Positions 1 through 9,755 of a DNA stretch of 64,000 nucleotides are shown one piece after another; position 1 is the first letter of the stretch, and the number at the start of each line of letters is the position of its first letter. The translations under genes and the position numbers were made by a program. Source of the stretch: Hemiscyllium ocellatum. Its lineage: Eukaryota. The notes under the pieces are model-generated. The model did not search any database. It was not told the origin of the DNA and worked only from the letters and a program-made list of their open reading frames with translations. Location of the stretch: positions 16,244,484 through 16,308,483 of the forward strand of contig NC_083408.1 in the NCBI RefSeq assembly GCF_020745735.1, given 5' to 3'.

Positions 1-1630
1 TCTGACAGTGTGTTGCTCCCTCAGTACTGACTCTCTGACAGTGCAGCAGCCCTCAGTACTGACCCGCTGACAGTGCAGCACTCACTCAGAACTGACATTC
101 TGACTGTGTCGCACTCCCTCAGTATTGACCTTTTGATATTGCGTCCTCCCTCAGTGCTGGCTCTTTGACAGTGTAGTGCTCGCTCAGTACTCACCCTCTG
201 ATGGGGCCGTGGTTTCTGAGTAGAGAGCCTCTGACAATGTGGCATTACCTTTGGACTCAACCTCTGACATTGCGATGCGCCCTCAGTACTGACTCTTTGA
301 CAGTGCAGCACTCCCTCAGTGCTGATCCTCTGACAGTGTGGTGCTCCCTCAGTACTGACCCCTTCACAGTGTAGTACTCCTCAGAGATGCCACTCTCATT
401 ATGCAGCAGTCCTTCAGTACTGACCCTCTGACAGCGAGGCACTCCTTCTGTACTTACGCTCACAGAGTGGGTTATTCCCTCAGTACTGACCCTCTGACTG
501 TGTGGCCGTGCCCCCATACCGACCGTGTGACAGTGTGGTGCACCCTCAGTGCGGTAGATGCTCAGTGCTGACCCTCTGACAGTGCAGCGCTCCTTTAGTT
601 CTGCCGTTCTTTCAGTCTAACGCTCCCTCAATACTGACCCTCTGGGAATGCACTGCTCCCTCAGTACTGACCCTCTGACAGTGCAGTACTCCCGCAGTAC
701 TGGCTCTCTGACAGTGCAGCATTCCCTCAGTTCTGACACTCTGACAGTGCAGCGCTCACACAGTACTGACCCTCTGACAGTGCAGCACTCCCACAGTACT
801 GACCCTCTGACAGTGCAATACTCCCTGAATACTGACGTTCTGACAGTGCAGCACTCCCTCAGTAAAGACCCCCTGAGAGTGCAACGCTCCCACAGTACTG
901 ACCCTCTGACATTGCAACACCCACTCAGTACTGAGCCTCTGGCAATGCAGCACTCCGTCAGTACTAACCCTCTGACAGTGCAGCACTCCCTCAATACTAT
1001 CCCTCCGACAGTGCGGCACTCCCTCAGTACTTACTGTCTGACAATGCTGCATTCCCTCATTACTGACCCTCTGACAGTGCAACTTTCCTCAGTAATGACC
1101 CTCTGACAGTGCAGCACTCCCTCAACACTATCACTCTGACAGTGCAGTACTTCCTCAGTACTGACTCTCTGACAATGCTGCACTCCCTTATTACTGACCC
1201 ACTGACAGTGCAACATTCCCTCAGTACTGTACCTCTGACAATGCAACACTCCCACAGTACTGACCCTCTGACAGTGTAACACTCCCTCAGGACTGACGCT
1301 CTGACAGTGCATCACTCCCTCAGTACTGACCCCCTGAGAGTGCAAAACTCCCACAGTACTGACCCTCTGACAGTGCAACACTCCCTCAGTGCTGACCTCC
1401 TGATAGTGCAACCTCCCGCAGTACTGACCCTCTGACATTGCAACACTCCGTCAGTACTGACCCTCTGACAGTGCAACACTCCCTCAGTACTGAACTTCTG
1501 ACAATGAAGCACTCCGTCAGTACTGACCCTCTGACAGTGCAACGCTCCCTCAGTACTGACCCTCTGAAAGTGCAGCACTCCCTCAATACTATCCCTCCGA
1601 CAGTGCAGCACTCTCTCAGTACTGACCCTC
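1..1630. repeat. 33-bp tandem satellite/minisatellite, consensus CAGTACTGACCCTCTGACAGTGCAGCACTCCCT; runs off the left edge of the window
   Basis: Unit repeats roughly 45-49 times and is more degenerate in 1-620. The 33-nt period (multiple of 3) explains the 11-aa periodic ORFs seen in several frames. Confidence 0.97.
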
Positions 1631-2249
1631 TTTTTTCTATTTCTTAGTGTCTTGTGGAAGTTTGGAGACATAGGTTTTGCAGATTCTGAGGAAGCATGAG
1701 AGAGACACATAAACCAAGCCCTGTCTGAAACTCTCTGCAATAGACTATTCAGAGGCACAGAGTCACAGTGATGCACAGCTTGGAAACAGACCCTCCTGTC
1801 CGAAACGTCCATGCAAATCAGATATTCTCATCTCATTTCATTCCATTTGCTAGCACTTGGCTGATATCCCCCTAAACCCTTCCTAATCACATACTCATCC
1901 TGATGCCTTTTAAATTTCGCAATTGTACCAGCCCCCATCAGTTCCTCTGGCAGCTACCTGCATGCCCTTGAATAAGTGCTCATCCATACTGTCGATACAA
2001 GCTCTAATAAACACCAACCTACGAAAGGCTACCATTGTCATTTTCAACCCACCCTTTGCTTCTTCATTATGATAATTTCAACAGAGGTAAAGAAGCAGTC
2101 TTCGTGACCATCCACAATGACCCTGTAAGAAAATGTATTTGCAAATTTGGTTTGCATGTGATTACCACACTCTCTAATAGTTGGCCGGAAGATGGGGGTG
2201 AGCTGTACTCTCATGCTGCAGTCCTTCGATCCCCCACAGTGATAGAACA

Positions 2250-2990
2250 CAGAACATAGAAAAATACAGCGCAGTACAGGCCCTTTGGCCCTCGATGTTG
2301 CGCTGACCAAAGCCTACCTAACCTACACTAGCCCAAGAACCTCCATATGCTTATCCCATACCCGCTTAAATGACCATAAAGAGGAAGAGTCCACCACTGC
2401 TACTGGCAGGGCATTCCATGAACTCACAACCCACTGAGTAAAAAGTCTACCCCTAACATCTGTTCTTTGTGGTCTAAGGTCTAAGAGGATTATCTGGAAT
2501 AACAGAACATAGAACATAGAAAAGTACAGCACAGAGCAGGCCCTTTAGCTTATAATGTTGTGCCAAAGATTAGAACATAGAACATATCAGTTCAGTACAG
2601 GCCCTTCGGCCCTCGATGTTGCGCCGACCTGTCATACCAATCTGAAGCCGATCTGACTTCCACTATTCCATGTACGTCCATATGCTTTTCCAATGACGAC
2701 TTAAATGTACTTAAAGTTGGCAAATCGACTTCCATTTCAGGCAAAGCATTTGATACCCTTGCTACCCTCTGAGTAAAGAAACTACCTCTGACATCTGTCC
2801 TATATCTATCACCCCTCAATTTAAAGCTCTGCCCTCTCGTGCTCGCCGTCACGATACTTAGAAAACGGCTCTCCCTGTCTACCCAATCTCACCCTCTGAT
2901 AAGCTTATATGTCCCTATTAAGTCACCTCTCAAACTTTTCTCTACCGATAACAGCGTCAAGTCCCTCAGCCTTTCCTTGTATAGGTATTC
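2250..2990 (-). mobile_element. Stacked CR1 LINE 3' ends with (AGAACAT)n tails
   Basis: Reverse-strand CR1 ORF2 C-terminal text (RGQSFKLRGDRYRTDVRGSFFTQRV). AGAACATAGAACAT tails at ~2250, ~2505 and ~2572. Confidence 0.85.
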
Positions 2991-2991
2991 A

Positions 2992-4146
2992 GATATACGA
3001 ACAAATCAACGGAACACCCATGGGATCACCAATCTCGGGACTCATAGCAGAGGCAGTTATGCAAAGACTAGAACATACAGCCCTACCACAAATCCAACCC
3101 AAACTCTGGATCAGATACGTCGATGACACCTTTGTAATCATCAAAAACACAGAAATAGAAAAAACACACCGAATAATCAACGCCACACACACAGGAATAC
3201 GATTCACGAGAGAAGAGGAAAAGGATAGCCAACTCCCATTCCTAGACGTGTTAGTAGAGAGAACACCCAACGGAGAATTCACCACAAGGGTACACAGGAA
3301 ACCAACACACACAGACCAAGTCCTAAACTATGAAAGTAACCACCCCAACACACACAAACGAAGCTGCATCAGGACACTATTCAAAGAGCCACAACACACT
3401 GCAGTACACCAGAACTGCGAAAAGAGGAAGAGGAACACCTATACAAGGTATTCGCCAAAAACGGATACCCACGCAACTTTATCACCAGATGCCTAAGAGA
3501 TAGACCACCGAACGAGGACATGCCACAACCAAAAGGACTAGCCACACTACCATACGTCAGGAGCGTGTCAGAACTGACAGCCAGACTACTGCGACCCTTA
3601 GGACTCATAACAGCACACAAGCCAACTTCCACACTCAGACAACAACTCACTAGAACAAAGGACCCAGTAGCCAGCACGAGCCAAACTAACGTAGTTTACA
3701 AAATACCATGCAAGGACTGCACAAAACACTATATAGGACAAACAGGAAGACAGCTAACAATCCGCATCCATGAACATCAGTTAGCCACAAAACGACACGA
3801 CCAGCTATCCCTAGTAGCCATACACTCAGACAACCAGGAACATGAATTTGACTGGGAAAACACTACCATCATAGGACAAGCCAGACAGAGAACAGCCAGG
3901 GAATTCCTAGAGGCATGGCATTCATCCACAAACTCCATTAACAGACACATGGACCTGGACCCCATATACAAACCACTACAGCTGAAACTGACACCGAGAA
4001 GCGGCAAGAACAAACCACTATAAATACCGGAAGAAACATCAAAGCAGCGCTTCACAGGAGGCTCCAATAGCACTGATGATGTTCCCTAGCCAGGGAACGA
4101 AACGTTTGCAGCAAAAACTTCCAGCTCGGCAAACAGAACCACAACA
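2992..4146 (+). mobile_element. Penelope-like element, 5'-truncated: RT C-terminus + GIY-YIG endonuclease + 3' pLTR with hammerhead motif
   Basis: GTPMGSPIS...WIRYVDDTFV RT motifs; a -1 frameshift near 3382; VVYKIPCKDCTKHYIGQTGRQLTIRIHEH GIY-YIG motif. Inserted into a minus-strand CR1. Confidence 0.93.
4070..4109 (+). ncRNA. Type I minimal hammerhead ribozyme motif (intact core) in the PLE 3' end
   Basis: GCA-CTGATGA-T-GTTCCC-TAGCCA-GGGAAC-GAA-ACGT-T-TGC: conserved core, 6-bp stem II, palindromic ACGT helix III, 3-bp stem I. Predicted cleavage after GUU at 4106. Confidence 0.85.
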
Positions 4147-6370
4147 ATGTACCAATACTCCAAGTGCGGCCGCACCAGAGTTTTGTACAGCTGTAGCATT
4201 ACCTCATGGTTCCAGAACTCGATCCCTCTATTAATAAAAGCTAAAACACTGTATGCCTTCTGGACAACCCTGTCAACCTGGGTAGCAACTTTCAAGGATC
4301 TGTGTACCTGGACACCAAGATCTCTCTGCTCATCTACACTACCAAGAATCTTACCAGTACTTTGCATTGCAGTTACTCTGACCAAAGTGAACCAACTCAC
4401 ACTTGTCCGCTTTAAACTCCATTTTCCATCTCTCAGCCCAACTCTGGTCACCTTCTCACACAACTCAGTAAGTTTTCTGAAGCACGACCTACCCTTCACA
4501 AAACCATGCAGACAATCCCTAATCAAATGATTCTTTTCTAGATGATTATAAATCCTATCTCTTATTACTTTTTCCAACACTTTACCAACAACTGAAGTAA
4601 GGCTCACTGGTCTATAATTACCAGTCTATAATTATAATTGTCTCTACTCCCCTTCTTGAACATGGGAACCACATTTGCGGTCCTCCAGTTTTCTGGCACT
4701 ACTCCTGTAGACAATGATGATTTAAAGATCAATGCCAAAGGCTCGGCAATCTCCTCCCTGACTTCCCAGAGAATCCTAGTATAAGTCCCATCTGGGCCGA
4801 AAATGTGTTGCTGGTTCAGGAAAGCAGAAGCTCCTGAAGAAGGGCTTATGTCCGAAACGTCGAATCTCCTGTTCCTTGGATGCTGCCTGACCTGCTGCAC
4901 TTTTCCAGCAACACATTTTCAGCTCTGATCTCCAGCATCTGCAGACCTCACTTTCTCCTTAAATCCCATCTGGCCAAGGGGACTTATCTATTTTCACACT
5001 CTGCAGGATTTCTAATTCCTCTTCCTTGTGAGCCTCAATCCCACCTAGTCCAGGAGTCTGTATCTCAGTATTCTCCTCAAAAACACTGCCATTTTCTCGA
5101 GTGAATAATGTCGAAATATATTCATTTAGTGCTTCCTCTAACTTCTCTGACTCCACACACAACTTCCCACTGCTATCCTTGATTGGGCCTAAACTTACTC
5201 CCGTCATTCTTTTATTCCTTAAATACCTATAGAAAGTCTTAGGGTGTATCCTGATCCTATCCACAAACAACTTTTAATGTCTTCGCCTGGCTCTGCCGAG
5301 CTCTCTGTTTAGGTCTTTCCTTTCTGCCATGTAACCCTCAGGTGTCCTACCTGACGCTTCACATCTCATCCTAACGCAAACCGTCTTTTTCCTCTTGACC
5401 AGAGATTCCACTTCCTTTGTAAACCACGGCTCCCGCGATCCACACCTTGCTCCCTGCCTGACAGGTGCATACTTATCAAGGGCATACAGGAGCCTTTCCT
5501 TGAATAAGCTCCACATTTCTAATGTGACCATCCTTGTAGTTTCCTTCACAATCCTATGCTTCCTAAATCCTACATAATCGCATCGTAATTGCCTTTCCCC
5601 CAGCTGTAACTCTTGCCCAGTGGTATACATCTATCCCTTTCTATCATTGATGTAAACATAACAGAATTGTGATCGCTATCACCAAAGTGCACACCTCCTT
5701 CCAAGTCTTAAACCTGACCGGGCTCATTACCCACTACCAAATCTCATGTGGCTTCGCCCCTTGTTGGCTTGTCTACATTCTTTGTGAGGAAGCCCTCCTG
5801 CACACACTGGATAAAAACTGACCCATCTATAGTACTCGTACTACTGTGTCCCCAGTCAATATTTGGAAAGTTGAAGTCCCCCATGACAACTACCCTGTCT
5901 TTCTTACTCCTATCGAGAATCATCTTTGCTATCATTTCCTCTACATCCCTGGAACTGGATGGGCTATCAATGCTGGCCAGGCAAGTGACACTCACATTAC
6001 ACAAAATGAATATTAAAAAAAAGAATGCCTGCAAAATTAAAACGGCTCAACACTGTCTGAACTGCCATCTATGCCTCTTCTTATTGAGGAAGACAATAGA
6101 ATCTCAACTTGACTTTCCCATGTTCACCTTTCTCACCAAAGCCCAGTTTTCACACCGCCCCTCATTTATACCAACCAGCAGCACTGCCACAACCAACACA
6201 GCAGCCTCTCTCAAAATGTCTTGTCAGTAATTTTTTATTAACTGGTTACTTCAATTAGAATGCAATCTCTACAATCAGAGTAAGTACCATTTAGGCCACA
6301 ACCAATTTTCTCACAGATTTTTCTCGATCTCTCTCCTTTTTTGGTTAGAGTGAGGGAGGGTGGTGGAAAC
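4147..6370 (-). mobile_element. CR1 LINE ORF2 (APE/RT) fragments with internal deletion and nested insertions
   Basis: ORFs 4086-4900 and 5744-6034 contain SLTSVVGKVLEK, WRTANVVPMFKKG and VVVMGDFNFPNIDW. Confidence 0.88.
4801..4959 (+). mobile_element. Short PLE-derived insertion (solo pLTR with inverted 5' piece) carrying a hammerhead motif at 4832-4863; ~16-bp TSD
   Basis: CTGAAGA-A-GGGC-TTAT-GTCC-GAAACGTC-GA. AAATGTGTTGCTGG is inverted against CCAGCAACACATTT. Flanks are TAAGTCCCATCTGGGCC (4782-4798) and TAAATCCCATCTGGCC (4960-4975). Confidence 0.8.
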
Positions 6371-6944
6371 ACGACAGTAATGTAAGCTATATGTACAACA
6401 GTGTGATAGGAAAGCTAGTATGGTTCATGTTGACTCTTAGACACCGCAGAGTGAAGCAACACGTTCATTGCATTCTCAACATAACATAACATTTCAATCC
6501 CACTCACAGCCAGCATGACAGAAATAAAATGTGATCGTATGGACAGGCAGGGTTTGTTTCAGCTGGAGTTTGGGAGAGTGAGGGGTGACATCACTGAAGT
6601 GTCTAAGATCCTGAATTAATTGATAAGTACAATGTGGAAATGATGTTTCCTATTGTGTGCCATTCCTGAACGAGAGGGAACTGCTTTAAAATTGTGTTCA
6701 CCCTTTCAGGTCAGATATGAGATTAGAGGGCAGTGCAACTTTGGAACTCTCTGCCCCTGAAGGTGGGCACTGAGTATTTTAAGACAGAGGTTGATGGATA
6801 CTTGTTAAGGGACGTTGGGGGGAGATGCAATACAAATCAAAAATAGATCAGGCCTGGTCCTATTGAATGGTGGAGCAGGCTTGAAGGGCCGAATGGACAT
6901 CTTCTGCTTTTTTCTCACATGAACCCAGGACTGAGGGCTTTACA

Positions 6945-7195
6945 ATTCATTCACTGGATGTAGGTACCAATGCCTATGGGCAGCATTTATTACCCAGACG
7001 GCAGGTAAGAGTCAACCACATTGCTGTGGTCAGGAGTCACACGTAGGCCATATCAGGTAAAGCTGGCACTCTCCTTCCCTAAAGTATGTCAGTGACCCAG
7101 ATGGGTTTTTCCTGACAATCGAAAATAATTTCATCAAAGACTCATAATTCTAGATGAGTCTCTGGATTAACAGTTCAGCAATGGTGCCACGAGGC
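6945..7195 (-). mobile_element. Deu-domain (SacSINE1-like) tRNA SINE
   Basis: Core ...TTCCCTAAAG..TCAGTGACCCAGATGGGTTTTT..ACAATC; homologous to the copy at 9410. Confidence 0.7.
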
Positions 7196-8470
7196 TGTTA
7201 CCGAAATACAAAAGGAGAGTTTTAACGGTGTAAACCAAATCCTTGGTCAAAGAGGTAGAAATTAAGGGGAGCCTATAGAATGGAAGAGAGTTGAAGGGAA
7301 TGGGGGAAGAGAATTACCAAATTTAGGTTCAAGGCAGCTGAAACTAAAGCCACCAACAGGGAGGAGAATAAAAAAAGAAACTATCATGCAGCTGGAATTG
7401 GATAAGTGCAGATAGCTCAGGGAGGTGTGGAACGACGCAGGGAAGACAGGATGAAGGCACGGGTAGGTTTTAAAGCAGTGAACCAAATTTTAAAATGATG
7501 TAGATCAGGTTAAAACTGAGGTCGATGTCTTATAGGACTTGTTGCAAGGACACAGACAGTAGAATCTGAGACGATTATGAATATATGGAGGTAGAATGTC
7601 GGAGACAAAGTAGGACTGCATTGGAATAGTCACGGTGAGAGGGAACAAATGCTGTATGGAGGATTTCAGCAGCTGATGGACTAATGCTGAGGTGAACCAT
7701 CGGAGACTGAACAAGTGATCACCATCTAATAGGACAGAGAAACTGATCCATCAGCCTGAAACTGACTGTCCACGTGGCTGTCCGTGACTCCAACACAAGT
7801 GAATGGAAACATTGCTCAGAGTCTGTTTCTGTAACATTTAACACAACTAGAAAATCGAAAGTGAATAATTAGTTGAAAGCAAGGCCATTGCTCTGTTAGA
7901 GTCAAAATCATTTAACATTAAGTTCGTGAACATTACTGATTTTCAGAATATTAGAATCTGCAGAAAGCAATCTCCCAGAATCGCAGTAAAAAGGGAAAGT
8001 AAACAATATTCTTGGCAAAGGCTTAATGAAACAACTGCTTGTCTAAAAACAGTTCAGAACAAAGGAGCTGAATACTCAACAAACTGACAAACATAGATGC
8101 CTTCAGCTCTGTCCCAGTGTGTCAAAACTGATGTGCAGTGAGTTGTGATCAGTTTAAACAAGTCCGACAAAGTGCATCCTTTCCTGCAGTCAGAGGAAGG
8201 TGAAGTCGCTCTCGGCGATGACAAGTAAGTCAATACCCAGTTAAGATAAGAAAACAGTTCTCTTCCATATTCCTCGCGTTTCCTGGATTAACCCCTTTGT
8301 CAGTGCATTTTGGTTATGATAACACTGAGTCATTGTCCACGTGACCAGACTCTGCCCAATGGGAACAATGTTTTTTCCCTGTGTGTTCAAAATTCAGGTT
8401 AATATAAATTGACTGAGAGTCAGATTCTGATCTGCTATTTGGTTTGCAGTTGGCAAACACAGACCAAATC

Positions 8471-8749
8471 ATAGAATCCCTATGTTCAGAAGGAGGTCAC
8501 TCGACCAGGAAGGTTTGCACTAATCCATTGAACAACATCCCAAACAGACCAACAGCTCGCTATCCTCTTCCCATAACCCTGCCTTTCCCTCGGCTAATCC
8601 ATCCAACCTGCCCATCTTTGGACCGTGGGAGGAAACCCACACAGACACGGGGAGAATGGGCAAATTCCACACAGACAATGGTGGGTGGAATCGAACCAGG
8701 ATTCTTGGTGCTCTAAGGTAGCATTGCAAATTACTGAGGCACCATGCCA
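8471..8749 (-). mobile_element. HE1-like (V-SINE) tRNA SINE
   Basis: Reverse complement has GGCATGGTGCCTCAGT head, GGTTCGATTCC B-box and GGGTTTCCTCC body. Confidence 0.8.
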
Positions 8750-8914
8750 AACCTAAATCCTGCTAATATCCCATGTAGTTGTTAATCAGATATCAGGAAC
8801 ACCACCAAAGGACTGTGGGAGAACATACAAAAGCCAATGGAGCTGATTGAAACTGGAAATGTTTGGGGCTGGTTGGAGCAGGAAGTCCTTATGAAAGCTC
8901 CTGTATTGTCATTA

Positions 8915-9060
8915 AAACCCCGCCCACCCATTCATTTCCATTGGGTGGAGGACCAACCACACCCCTTATGGTCTCCCAATGGCTGGAAGACCAGCTGCAT
9001 CCTCATTCACTACCATTGGATGGAGCCCATGCCACACACCTTTGGTCGTCCCACTGCACC
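8915..9060. promoter_or_regulatory. Promoter-like module: GC box plus three CCAAT/ATTGG boxes
   Basis: CCCCGCCC 8918-8925, ATTGG 8940, CCAAT 8976, ATTGG 9015. An internal ~40-bp module is repeated and similar to 28690-28740. Confidence 0.4.
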
Positions 9061-9409
9061 ACACACTCACTCATAAAACATGCAGGACCAGGGCCCATGA
9101 GCTCAGTTCTCCAGGGCCACTCCTCATTCACTCTCATCTGTTGGAGAAACAGATCCCATTCACTTAGTCCCCTTGCCCCACCCCCTTTCACTCATGCATC
9201 CATCGTGCTGAGAGAGAAGTGAATTTACTCATGACCGCAGTGGAAGAATTTTCTTTTCTTGTTCACACCAAGGAATTAATAATGGTTTTGGAAGTTATAA
9301 TGTTAATAAAGTTATGTATGCTGAGAACTTAGTTTTGGAAATGTTCATTACATCGTTGAACATGTACAGATTCACACTGGGTAGAGACTTTTATTTTCCT
9401 TTATTCATT

Positions 9410-9755
9410 CACAGGATGAGGGTGTCGCAGGCCCGGCAGCATTTACTGCCCATCACTAATTCCCCAGAGGGCAGGTAAGAGTCGACCACATTGCTGTGGG
9501 TCTGAAGTCACAATGTCGGCCAGACCAGGTAAGGGTGGCAGCTTTCTTCCTGAAAGGGCATTAGTGAACCAGATAGGTTTTTCTGACAATCGATTAATGG
9601 TCATCATTACACTCTTTAATTCCAGGCCTTTTTTTAAAAATTGAATTCAAATTCCCCTATCTGCTGCAGCAAGCTTTGTACCCAGGTCTCCAGAACGTTA
9701 TCAGTGGCTTTGGATTAACTATCTAGTAACAATACCACTAGGCCTATACTTCCCC
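9410..9755 (-). mobile_element. Deu-domain (SacSINE1-like) tRNA SINE, near full length
   Basis: GGCAGCTTTCTTCCTGAAAGGGCATTAGTGAACCAGATAGGTTTTT core; tRNA-like head at the right end. Confidence 0.75.

Noticed and set aside
1-1630. CRISPR-like array
   Set aside because: Units are contiguous with no unique spacers, and the DNA is eukaryotic.
21-1647. Ten long ORFs with 11-aa periodicity (e.g. VLHCQRVSTEG repeats)
   Set aside because: Artefact of a 33-bp satellite without stop codons in several frames; no splice or promoter context.
1785-1812. CCGAAACGTCC as a hammerhead half
   Set aside because: Lies in a reverse CR1 3' end and has no CUGANGA or stem II.
8190-8230. Short AG...GTAAGT-bounded candidate exon
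   Set aside because: About 35 nt with no recognisable product or partner exons.
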